From the IMG/VR virus record IMGVR_UViG_3300037067_006209, positions 1,252 through 65,251 of that record: a stretch of 64,000 bases of DNA, one strand, 5' to 3'. Made by a program: the position numbers and the translations under genes. The notes beneath the pieces were generated by a model. That model had not been told where the DNA came from, ran no database searches, and saw only the letters and a list, made by a program, of their open reading frames with translations. This DNA comes from a virus. Shown here in pieces: positions 39,644 through 49,241 of this stretch (within the stretch, counting starts at the first letter, position 1; each line of letters opens with the position of its first letter).

Positions 39644-40594
39644 ATGGCAAATATAGGATTTAAGAAAGCAAAAAGAGAACAAATATGGATTAAGGTTCTT
39701 GGAGCAGGAGCATCAGGAAGTGGAAAAACATATTCTATGCTTAGACTTGCTACAGGATTTGCAAAAAAGTCGGGTGGTAAGATTGCAGCAATAGATACGG
39801 AGAATGGACGTATAAGATATTATGCAAATGAATTTGATTTTGATGATTTGCAATTATCAGCACCTTATACACCAGAAAAATATATTGAGGCAATAGAATC
39901 TGCTGTTGAGAGTGGCTATACTATATTAATTATAGATAGTATAACTCATGAGTGGGATTATTGTTTAGAAGTTCACTCAAAAATGCCTGGTAATAGTTAT
40001 ACTAATTGGTCTAAAATTACACCTAGACATGACCCTTTTATGGAAAAGATACTTCAATCACCATTACATATTTTTGCTACAGTTAGAGGAAAAGATGAAT
40101 ATGTAATGGAAGATAAAAATGGTAAGCAAGTTCCAAAGAAAGTTGGTTTAGGATATAAGCAAAGAGATAATACAGAATATAATTATACTGTAACATTTAA
40201 TATTGACCAACAATCACATATTGCTGATGCTATGAAAGATAATACTCATTTATTTGAAAATAGATATGATGTATTAACTGAGAAAGACGGAATGGCATTA
40301 TATGATTGGGCTAATAGTGGAGATGCTCCAGCACAAAAACCACAACCTAAAACAAATGTTGAACAATTTAAGGAAATAGAAACAGTAATAGTTGATGATT
40401 TAACAAAAGTAAAGGAAGATATTAAAGCTTTAGTTAGTAAATTATCTTCTGAAGGTGTATCGGAAGCAGATATTAAAACTGCAATAAAAAATAAACACAC
40501 AGTAGCTAATTACAATTCTATAAAAGATATTTCAGTAGCAAATTCTGTTATTGAAGAGTTAAATAAAATTAAAATATCACAGGAGGATAAATAA
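39644..40594 (+). CDS. AAA_24/Sak4-like ATPase (single-strand annealing protein)
   Basis: GASGSGKT, IDTE, IIDSITHEW; adjacent to ssb. Confidence 0.8.
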   Translation: MANIGFKKAKREQIWIKVLGAGASGSGKTYSMLRLATGFAKKSGGKIAAIDTENGRIRYYANEFDFDDLQLSAPYTPEKYIEAIESAVESGYTILIIDSITHEWDYCLEVHSKMPGNSYTNWSKITPRHDPFMEKILQSPLHIFATVRGKDEYVMEDKNGKQVPKKVGLGYKQRDNTEYNYTVTFNIDQQSHIADAMKDNTHLFENRYDVLTEKDGMALYDWANSGDAPAQKPQPKTNVEQFKEIETVIVDDLTKVKEDIKALVSKLSSEGVSEADIKTAIKNKHTVANYNSIKDISVANSVIEELNKIKISQEDK

Positions 40595-40596
40595 TT

Positions 40597-41007
40597 ATGA
40601 ATAAATCAATATTGATGGGAAGACTTACAAAAGACCCTGAACTAAAATACACTAGTGGCAATAATACAGCGGTAGCAAGTTTTACCTTGGCTGTAAATAG
40701 AAGATTTAAACAAGAAGGACAACCAAATGCAGATTTTATAAATATTGTTGCATGGGCTAAAACAGCAGAGTTTTGTGGAAAATATTTTACAAAAGGTTCT
40801 CAAGTAGCAGTAGTAGGAAGAATTCAAACTCGAACATGGGATGATAATGAAGGCAAAAAACATTATGTTACTGAGGTTGTTGCTGAAGAAACATATTTTG
40901 CAGACAGTAAAAAAAGTAATAATGGAACTACTCCAAACACTAATACTAGTCAAGCTAATGGTGATGGATTCTATCCAATGGATGAGGATGACGAGCTTCC
41001 TTTTTAA
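40597..41007 (+). CDS. ssb: Single-stranded DNA-binding protein
   Basis: MNKSILMGRLTKDPEL; acidic tail DDELPF. Confidence 0.97.
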   Translation: MNKSILMGRLTKDPELKYTSGNNTAVASFTLAVNRRFKQEGQPNADFINIVAWAKTAEFCGKYFTKGSQVAVVGRIQTRTWDDNEGKKHYVTEVVAEETYFADSKKSNNGTTPNTNTSQANGDGFYPMDEDDELPF

Positions 41008-41028
41008 TAATAATATAATTTAATATAT

Positions 41029-41052
41029 GGGGGGAATTAATATTCTCCCCTA
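41029..41052 (+). terminator. Hairpin after ssb
   Basis: GGGGAAT/ATTCTCCCC stem. Confidence 0.5.
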
Positions 41053-41077
41053 AATTTAATTTAAAGAAGGTGTTACA

Positions 41078-41749
41078 GTGGCAGGTAGAACTAAGCAAAC
41101 TATAGAATTTTTTCCACATTTATTAAAAGAAAGCTCAACAATTAAAGCATTAGAAATTCTATATCAAAATAATGGATATGCAGTTTGGTTTAAGCTATTA
41201 GAAGTTTTGGGTAGTAAGGCATCAGAAAATTATCAATATCGTGCTAAAACAAAAGAAGAATGTCAAGTACTATTAGATAAATTTAAAATAGATGGCCAAT
41301 TAATGTCTAAAATTTTAGATACTCTTTGTGAACTAGATGCTATTGATAAAGAAAAATGGAAAAAAGAAAGAATTTTATATGTTCCAAATTTATTACATAA
41401 TATTCAAAAGATAAAAAAGAAAGTAAATGTTAAGACTAATTTAATAGAAAAAGAAAATATAGAAGAAACTTCTATACAGAAAACTCAATATTTAGAATAT
41501 GTTTATTTAACTGAAGAAGAATATCAAAAATTAATAAATAGATATAGTGAAGAATTGATTAAAGATAAAATAGAAAGTTTAAATAATTGGATTGGTGAAA
41601 ATCCTAATGATAAAAAAAGAAAAAAATCAAGCCATTATCACACTATTCTAAATTGGTTTAAGATGGAAGAGAAGAAAAAGGCACAAAACAATATTAATCA
41701 ACCAAAGAAACCACAATATAAAGATTTATCAAATTATGAAATAAGATAA
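41078..41749 (+). CDS. Replication initiator-like protein (DUF4373/Lin1244-like N-terminus)
   Basis: FFPH..GYAVWFKLLE; C-terminal V.LTEEEY.KL..SHY.TILNW; lies before dnaB. Confidence 0.65.
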   Translation: MAGRTKQTIEFFPHLLKESSTIKALEILYQNNGYAVWFKLLEVLGSKASENYQYRAKTKEECQVLLDKFKIDGQLMSKILDTLCELDAIDKEKWKKERILYVPNLLHNIQKIKKKVNVKTNLIEKENIEETSIQKTQYLEYVYLTEEEYQKLINRYSEELIKDKIESLNNWIGENPNDKKRKKSSHYHTILNWFKMEEKKKAQNNINQPKKPQYKDLSNYEIR

Positions 41750-41759
41750 GGATGGTATT

Positions 41760-44174
41760 ATGAATTTAGATAAATTAAGTAGAATACCACCTCAAAATAT
41801 TGAAGCAGAGCAAAGTATTCTAGGGTCTATCATGTTAGATAAAGATATTATACCCGATATTATGGCTATTTTAAAATCAAGAGATTTTTATAGAGAAGAC
41901 CACCAAGAAATATTTGATGCAATTTATGAATTACATAATAGTAATAAACCTATAGATATAATAACTGTATCAGAGCAATTAAATATCCAAGGGATGTTAA
42001 ATAATATAGGTGGTTTAGAATATCTTGCTAATATTACTAGTAGTGTTGCAACAACTGCAAATGTTATACATTATGCAAAAATAGTTGAGGAGAAATCTAT
42101 TAGAAGACAGTTAATAAAAAAGTCCTCGGATGTTCAAAAAAAAGCATATGAACAAGAATATGATAATCCTATTGATTTAAAAAATGATGCCTTAGAAATA
42201 ATATCTGAAATTGATGTCAATGATAAAAATAGAAATAGAAGTATGAAAAAAGCTTCTGAAGAGCTAGATGAAGATATTAGTAGAAAAAGAAATCAGGATA
42301 ATGGTAATGAAGAGAAATACCATACAGGATTGACTGACTATGATTATTGGCTTGATGGATTACATGAACAAGAATTTACAATTATAGGAGCTAGACCTGC
42401 TGTGGGTAAAGAGCAACCTCTATATAGCAAAATACTTACTCCTAATGGTTGGACAACAATGGGAGAGATTTCAGTCGGAACAAAAATAATAGGGAGCGAT
42501 GGTAAAACATACAATATTACTAATGTTTTCCCACAAGGAATAAAAGATATTTATAGAGTATATTTTAATGATGATTCATTTGCTGATTGTGGATTAGACC
42601 ATTTATGGGAAACCAAAACTAGATATGAAAGAAAAGACAAAAAGAATTCAAATGTAAGAACAACAAAAGAGATTCTAAATTCAATAATAATAAATAAAGA
42701 TAATAGATTAAATCATTCTATTAAATGGGTAAAACCCGTTGAATTTTCAGAAAAACTTTTACCAATACATCCATATGTTATGGGAGCATTGCTAGGGGAT
42801 GGATGTCTTTCTAAAGAAAACGTTGTCAGATTTATAACTTTAGAAAAAGACATAATTGAAAACATACTATGTCATTTACCATTTACTGACACTCTAAAAA
42901 TAGGTATAGATAGGTTAAACCATACCATTATTAGAAAACAAAAAACCAACAAAAAAACAGATACATATACCGAATTAGATAAAATGAACTTAATTGGGAA
43001 AAAGTCATATGAAAAATTTATCCCTAAATGCTATTTATATTCATCAATACACCAAAGAATTGAATTATTACAAGGTTTAATTGATACAGATGGGCATGTG
43101 GTTCACAATGGGAGCAATATAATAGAATATTCTACAACATCATATGATTTGGTTCAAGATATTAAAGAACTAGTTAATTCATTAGGAGGAAGATGCACTT
43201 ATACTTCTAGAACAGGTAGTTATAAAAAGAATAATATAATTGTTGATTGCAGAGTTAATTATAGAATTAATATAAGTTTTACAAATGATATTATTCCTGT
43301 AAGTTCAAAAAAACATTTATTGAAATACAAAAAACCAATAAAATCTCTCGACAGATTTATAAAAAATATTGAATTTATAGGAAAATATGAAGCACAATGT
43401 ATAATGGTAGATTCTCCTGACCACTTATATATAACCGATAATTATATATTAACTCACAATACTGCCATTGGTCTACAAATAGTAAGAAACTTAGTAAAAA
43501 AAGGACTATATATTCCATTTATTAGTTTAGAAATGTCTGATAAACAATTATTAGCAAGGTTAATATCTTCAGAGTCTAAAATTAATAGTCATAAATTAAG
43601 AAAACCAAAATTAATGACAGATGAAGAATACCTACTATATAAAAAGACTTTAAATGATATAAATAGTCTTCCACTTCAAATAGAAGAACTGAAATATATT
43701 CAAGAAATTCGTTCTTATTGCAGACAATTAAAATCAAAGAATAAATTAGATGCTTTATTTGTTGACTATATACAATTGATGCTAACTATGAAAAAGACTA
43801 ACAATAGAAACGAAGAACTTGGAGATATTAGTAGAAATTTAAAAGCTATATCAAAAGAGTTTAATATTCCAGTCGTTGCATTAGCTCAATTAAATCGTGC
43901 TACAGAAAAAGAAAATAGAGAACCAAGATTAAGTGATTTAAGAGAATGTGGAGATATTGAACAAGATGCCGATAATGTAATATTTCTTCATAAAGAAAGT
44001 GACGCAGATGATTTAGCAGAAATTCAAAAAAGAAAAGTTATAATTGCAAAACAAAGAAATGGGGCAACTGGATATTTTCCTTTAATGTTTGAAGGTAAAA
44101 CTTTTAATTTTTACAATGTTCCAAAAAATGATAAATCTCCATCAATATTTATGAAAAATAAGAAAGGAGGATAA
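41760..44174 (+). CDS. dnaB: Replicative DNA helicase DnaB with intein
   Basis: PPQNIEAEQS, GARPAVGK|T Walker A split by intein, SLEM, VDYIQL, QLNR, IEQDAD, KQRNG. Confidence 0.95.
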   Translation: MNLDKLSRIPPQNIEAEQSILGSIMLDKDIIPDIMAILKSRDFYREDHQEIFDAIYELHNSNKPIDIITVSEQLNIQGMLNNIGGLEYLANITSSVATTANVIHYAKIVEEKSIRRQLIKKSSDVQKKAYEQEYDNPIDLKNDALEIISEIDVNDKNRNRSMKKASEELDEDISRKRNQDNGNEEKYHTGLTDYDYWLDGLHEQEFTIIGARPAVGKEQPLYSKILTPNGWTTMGEISVGTKIIGSDGKTYNITNVFPQGIKDIYRVYFNDDSFADCGLDHLWETKTRYERKDKKNSNVRTTKEILNSIIINKDNRLNHSIKWVKPVEFSEKLLPIHPYVMGALLGDGCLSKENVVRFITLEKDIIENILCHLPFTDTLKIGIDRLNHTIIRKQKTNKKTDTYTELDKMNLIGKKSYEKFIPKCYLYSSIHQRIELLQGLIDTDGHVVHNGSNIIEYSTTSYDLVQDIKELVNSLGGRCTYTSRTGSYKKNNIIVDCRVNYRINISFTNDIIPVSSKKHLLKYKKPIKSLDRFIKNIEFIGKYEAQCIMVDSPDHLYITDNYILTHNTAIGLQIVRNLVKKGLYIPFISLEMSDKQLLARLISSESKINSHKLRKPKLMTDEEYLLYKKTLNDINSLPLQIEELKYIQEIRSYCRQLKSKNKLDALFVDYIQLMLTMKKTNNRNEELGDISRNLKAISKEFNIPVVALAQLNRATEKENREPRLSDLRECGDIEQDADNVIFLHKESDADDLAEIQKRKVIIAKQRNGATGYFPLMFEGKTFNFYNVPKNDKSPSIFMKNKKGG
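42411..43460 (+). mobile_element. Intein with LAGLIDADG endonuclease, class-3 signature (350 aa)
   Basis: Starts EQPL, ends ILTHN before T; DHLW (block B Trp), QCIMVD (block F Cys); GALLGDG and GLIDTDG. Confidence 0.9.
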
Positions 44175-44177
44175 AAT

Positions 44178-44954
44178 ATGGATGATAATTTTTTTATGGA
44201 TGAATTCACTTGGAGTTATTCGAGATTGAATAGCTATTACATATGTCCTTATAGTTCTAAACTTCAATATGTTGATTGTATAAAAGGTGAAAATAATTTT
44301 TTTGGTCAATATGGTTCATTTTGTCATAAATTATTTGAAGATTATTTAAAAGGATATATATCATTATTTGATATGTGCGAGGTTTATGAAAATAAATTCA
44401 ATGATGTTGTCAAATTAAAAGCACCCTATAATAAGTTTTCCAATATTCGTCAAAGTTATTATATATCTGGTCTTGATTATTTTGGTAACTTTGAGGGATG
44501 GGATGATTATAAAATAATTAGTGTAGAAGAAAAATTTAAGTTTGAAATTGATGGAAAACAATTTATTACAATACCTGATTTAATTATAAGAAATAAAAAT
44601 GATAGACTTGAAATCATTGACCATAAAAGTGAAGATTTAAAATATCCTAAAAGACAGAATACAAAAGTAAGTGAAAAATTTGAAGAAAAAATTAAACAGT
44701 TATATTTAAATAGTTATGCTGTTTACCAAAGATATAATGAATTTCCTGAATATTTAAATTTCAATATATTTAGAGTAAATAATTGGATTAAAGAACCTTT
44801 TAAAGTTGAAGATTATAATAAAACTATCCAATGGGCAAAAAATACTATTGAATTATATAAGAAAGAATCTGAATGGAAGCCAAAATTTGATTACTATTAT
44901 TGTAATAATATTTGTAACTTTAGAAATATATGTGAGAAGAAGGGGCAAAAATGA
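44178..44954 (+). CDS. PD-(D/E)XK Cas4/RecB-like exonuclease
   Basis: WSYSRL..CP, G..CH, PDL..IIDHKS, QL.L, CNNICNFR..C. Confidence 0.85.
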   Translation: MDDNFFMDEFTWSYSRLNSYYICPYSSKLQYVDCIKGENNFFGQYGSFCHKLFEDYLKGYISLFDMCEVYENKFNDVVKLKAPYNKFSNIRQSYYISGLDYFGNFEGWDDYKIISVEEKFKFEIDGKQFITIPDLIIRNKNDRLEIIDHKSEDLKYPKRQNTKVSEKFEEKIKQLYLNSYAVYQRYNEFPEYLNFNIFRVNNWIKEPFKVEDYNKTIQWAKNTIELYKKESEWKPKFDYYYCNNICNFRNICEKKGQK

Positions 44955-47900
44955 TATCTACTATAAATAAAATAATTGATACTTTAAAATTTAAATTTCC
45001 CTACGATGCAGAAGATTATGCAGAAAATATGTATGTTGAAAATTATCATAAACATACTGATTTTTCAAATACTTCTACACCAGATTGTGCAGAATCTATC
45101 CAAGCTTATGCACAACAAACTAATGAATATGGAGGAAAATGTTTATTTAGTGGAGAGCATGGTAATCAAGGGAATCAATTTTTAGTATATAAAACAGCAG
45201 ATGAAAATAATTTAAAATATAGACATTCCGTAGAAGCATATTGGGTTAAAAATAGATTTGAAAAAGATAGAGCTAATTGTCATATATGTTTAATTGCAAA
45301 GAATCCTGAAGGACGAGAAGACATAAATTTTATTCTTTCTATGGCTAATGAAGATGGTTATTACTATAAGCCTAGAATAGATTTAGATTTATTATTTAGT
45401 GTTTCCAAAGATAATATAATAGTTACTTCAGCCTGTGTTGCAGGGTGGAAATATGAAGATGCTGAAGATATATGGTTAAAAATACACAATCATTTTGGAA
45501 ACAATTTCTTTTTAGAAGTACAGTATCATAATACAGATAGTCAAAAAGTTTTAAATAAAAAAATATTAGAATTATCTAAAATTCATAATATACAAATTAT
45601 ATGTGGATTAGATAGTCACTATGTAAAACCTGAAAACACAATTAAAAGAGACCAAATTTTAAAATATAAAGGAATTACATATGAAGATGAAGATGGATGG
45701 TATTTAGATTATCCTAATGGTAAAGAGATATTTAATAGATTTAAGATACAAGGTGTTTTAAATAACCAAGAAATTCTTACTTCTATGATGAATACAAATA
45801 TATTTGTAAATGAATGTGAGGAAATTGTATTTGATAAGGGTTTCAAAATTCCTTGTGTATATCCAAATACCAGTTATGAAGATAGAGTTAAAATATTCAA
45901 AAATATAATTAATGAAAGATATAAAAAAGAAAAACTAAAAACTCCAGAGAAAATTGAAGGAATAAGATACGAAACAGGAGAAATTGTTGATAGTGGTGTT
46001 GTAGATTATTTTTTAATGAATGATAAAATAATCTCTAAAGCTGTTAATGAAAAGGGTGGAATACTTACTACTACATCCAGAGGTAGTTCTGCATCATTTA
46101 TTGTAAATAAAATATTAGGATTTACTACTATTGATAGGTTCAATTGTGAGATTCCTATTTATCCTGAAAGATTTCTCACCAAAGAGAGAGTATTAAGTGG
46201 ACAAATGCCAGATATCGACCTTAATATCGCTACTCAAGAACCTTTTATAGAAGCTACAAAAGAATTAATTGGTGAGCATAGTTGTTATCCATTAATGGCA
46301 ATTGAAAAGCTCAAAGAGAAAGCAGCATGGCAATTATATGCAGGTGCAAATGATGTTAAACCTGAAGTAGCTAATGAAATATCAAAATTCATAGATAAAT
46401 ATAATGACAAAATGAAATATGCAGAAGAAGAAGATAAAGAATTTATACATATTGAAGATTTTATTCCAGAAGAGTATTTGGATATTTATAAAGAAAGTTT
46501 AGAATATCAAGGAATTACAATTAACTTAAAATGCCATCCATGTGGTCATTTACTTTTAGAAGGAGACATCAGACGTAAAATTGGTTTGATAACTGCTATA
46601 TCTGAAACAACAGGAAAGCGTACATTATGTGCTTGTATTGAAGGAAACTATCTTGATGAATTTGGATATGTTAAAAATGATTACCTTATAGTCGATAGTG
46701 TCCATCTAACTTATGAATTTTTTCAAAGTATTGGACAAAAAGTACCTTCTTTTGATGAGTTAAGAGAAATGATTGATGATGATGAGGCTACTTGGGATAT
46801 TTACGCAAAAGGTATTACGTGCTGTGTAAATCAAGTTGAAAAAGAATCAACAACTAAAAAAGCTAAACAATATAAATGTACTAATCTAGCAGAATCTAGT
46901 GCATTTATAGCTGGTATTAGACCTGGATTTAAAACTTTATTAGGAACTTTTTTAGCAAGAGAAAATTATTCTACTGGTGAAAAGGTTATAGATGATATTC
47001 TCAAAGATAGTTATCATTTTATGTTATATCAAGAATCAATTATGAAACTTTTATCATTTTTAGGTGTTCCTATGGGTGATGCTTATGGAGTTATTAAAGC
47101 AATATCCAAAAAGAAATTAAAAGGAGAAAAACTTGAGCATCTTAAAAATACATTGAAAGATAATTGGTTAAAAATCATTGGTAATTTAGATAATTTTGAT
47201 AATGTATGGAATGTAATAGAAGATTCTGCAAGATACGCATTTAATGCTCCTCATGCTTTATCAATGGGAGGAGATAGTGCATACCAAGCATGGTTTAAAG
47301 CACATCATACTGCAAAGTTTTATGAAGTTGCAATAAATCATTATCAAAATAAAAATAAAAAAGACAAAATTGATGCTTTAGTTAAAGAATCTTTAACATT
47401 TTATGGTTATAAATTAGGTGATTATGAATTTGGTAAAGATAATAGAAGAGTTAATGTTGATGAAGTAAACAAGGTGATTTATCCAAATATGTCAAGCATC
47501 AAAGGATTTGGTGAAGGTATTTCACAACTTTTATTTGAAGTAGGAGTAAAGGAATATTCAACATTTTCTGAAATATTAGAAACTCTAAAGGGAATAAAAA
47601 TAAATAAAACAGTATTAGATAAATTAGTTCGTTTAAATTATTTCAAACAGTTTGGAGATGTAAATTATTTGCTAGAAATAATAAAGTGGACAGATATATT
47701 TAAGGAAGCCAAGGAAATATCTAAGTCAAAAATTGAGGAATATGGATTAGATATCAATTATATTCTTCAATATGGAAATGAAACAGCAAAAAAAGTTACC
47801 AAGCTTAGAAATAAAGAATTGCTTAATGATATTATTTCAAATATAAAATATGAACCTTTAACTATAAAAGAAATTGTTGATAACCAAAAAGAAATTTTAG

Positions 47901-48235
47901 GTATTATAACTTACTCTGATGATAAATATTCTCCAGATATTTATTATGTGTCAGAACTAGAAGTAATGAAATCTATTGTAAAAGCAACACTATACAAAAT
48001 AAAAAATGGAGAAATTATAGAAATTAAAATGTGGACTAATATGTTCAACAAAGTTATTTTTGAACAAAGAGACTTTTTATATATCAAAAGTATTGAAGAG
48101 AAACCACAAAAAGAACCTACAGGAGAAATTAACCAAGAAACAGGTAAAAAGATATATAGAGATATTGAGGGAAGCGTTGAATTTTGGATATCTAGGTATC
48201 AAAACATTACATACAAATTTGAAGGTGAGGAATAA
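44951..48235 (+). CDS. dnaE: DNA polymerase III alpha subunit (DnaE family)
   Basis: PHP domain (YHKHT, DSHY), SRGS, ERFL, PDIDL, IRPG, LYQE, YAFN..HA. Confidence 0.93.
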   Translation: MISTINKIIDTLKFKFPYDAEDYAENMYVENYHKHTDFSNTSTPDCAESIQAYAQQTNEYGGKCLFSGEHGNQGNQFLVYKTADENNLKYRHSVEAYWVKNRFEKDRANCHICLIAKNPEGREDINFILSMANEDGYYYKPRIDLDLLFSVSKDNIIVTSACVAGWKYEDAEDIWLKIHNHFGNNFFLEVQYHNTDSQKVLNKKILELSKIHNIQIICGLDSHYVKPENTIKRDQILKYKGITYEDEDGWYLDYPNGKEIFNRFKIQGVLNNQEILTSMMNTNIFVNECEEIVFDKGFKIPCVYPNTSYEDRVKIFKNIINERYKKEKLKTPEKIEGIRYETGEIVDSGVVDYFLMNDKIISKAVNEKGGILTTTSRGSSASFIVNKILGFTTIDRFNCEIPIYPERFLTKERVLSGQMPDIDLNIATQEPFIEATKELIGEHSCYPLMAIEKLKEKAAWQLYAGANDVKPEVANEISKFIDKYNDKMKYAEEEDKEFIHIEDFIPEEYLDIYKESLEYQGITINLKCHPCGHLLLEGDIRRKIGLITAISETTGKRTLCACIEGNYLDEFGYVKNDYLIVDSVHLTYEFFQSIGQKVPSFDELREMIDDDEATWDIYAKGITCCVNQVEKESTTKKAKQYKCTNLAESSAFIAGIRPGFKTLLGTFLARENYSTGEKVIDDILKDSYHFMLYQESIMKLLSFLGVPMGDAYGVIKAISKKKLKGEKLEHLKNTLKDNWLKIIGNLDNFDNVWNVIEDSARYAFNAPHALSMGGDSAYQAWFKAHHTAKFYEVAINHYQNKNKKDKIDALVKESLTFYGYKLGDYEFGKDNRRVNVDEVNKVIYPNMSSIKGFGEGISQLLFEVGVKEYSTFSEILETLKGIKINKTVLDKLVRLNYFKQFGDVNYLLEIIKWTDIFKEAKEISKSKIEEYGLDINYILQYGNETAKKVTKLRNKELLNDIISNIKYEPLTIKEIVDNQKEILGIITYSDDKYSPDIYYVSELEVMKSIVKATLYKIKNGEIIEIKMWTNMFNKVIFEQRDFLYIKSIEEKPQKEPTGEINQETGKKIYRDIEGSVEFWISRYQNITYKFEGEE

Positions 48236-48236
48236 G

Positions 48237-48770
48237 ATGATTGATAAATTTCGATACTCAGAAACAGAATTAAAGAAGATACTTAAAAGTATAGTTATAT
48301 TAGTAGATACGAGAGAGCATGACGGTAAAAATACTCATATTCTTAATTGGTTTGATGAAAATAAAATTAGTTATGAAAAAGCAAAGCTTCCTTATGGTGA
48401 TTATAGTTTCAAACTTCCTCGAAATGAGGAGTTTGGGATTATAAGGGATATTCATTATACAGATGATATTAGTATTGAGCGTAAGGCTAATGTTGATGAA
48501 ATTATAGGAAATTTCGCTAATGATAGAAATCGCATAGAAGATGAAATGATTAGACATAAAGGGAAAATGATTTTACTTATTGAAGATGGCAACTATTCTG
48601 ATATTAGAAACGGTAACTATAAAAGCAAATATAACTCTAAATCAGCTATAGGAACTCTTCATAGCTTCAGTATTAAATATAATATGCCATTTATGTTTAT
48701 AAGTAAAGAAGATATAGGGTGCTTTATATATTGTACATTTTACTATTATTTAAGAAGTAAGATAAGTTAA
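48237..48770 (+). CDS. ERCC4-domain nuclease
   Basis: VDTRE, GDYS, SIERK. Confidence 0.88.
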   Translation: MIDKFRYSETELKKILKSIVILVDTREHDGKNTHILNWFDENKISYEKAKLPYGDYSFKLPRNEEFGIIRDIHYTDDISIERKANVDEIIGNFANDRNRIEDEMIRHKGKMILLIEDGNYSDIRNGNYKSKYNSKSAIGTLHSFSIKYNMPFMFISKEDIGCFIYCTFYYYLRSKIS

Positions 48771-48802
48771 CTATTATTAATATAATTTATTTATATTTGC
48801 TA

Positions 48803-48831
48803 TTGACAATAAAAACGAAAAGGATTATACT
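48803..48831 (+). promoter_or_regulatory. SigmaA promoter
   Basis: TTGACA-17bp-TATACT. Confidence 0.7.
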
Positions 48832-49241
48832 AATGGTAGAAACTAACAAAGTAGAACATATATACATAATGGAAAACAAAGATAAATATGAATATTATAA
48901 AGAAGATGGTGAATGGATATTATACATTTATGATTTAGAACATAATGAAGGAAAATTTCTTACTAGAAGCAAATTTATAGATAAGATATTAGAAAGAATA
49001 CCAAGTTAATTAAAATAATATTACATATATAAGGAGTTATAAATGGCAAGATATGAATTATGTAAAAATATGGAGTGTAAAAAGAGATATCAATGTAAAA
49101 GATATTGTACCCCAACTGAAGCAGGAGAAGAAAAAATAGATTTCAGTGATAAATGTAATGAGAGTAATGAGTATTCATTATACATAGACTGGAAATCAAG
49201 AAGAGAAATTGAAATTAATTAAAATATAAAAGGAGAAAATA

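Noticed and set aside
44178-44954. cas4 as part of a CRISPR-Cas locus
   Set aside because: No cas1/cas2 or array; embedded in the replication operon like a typical phage exonuclease
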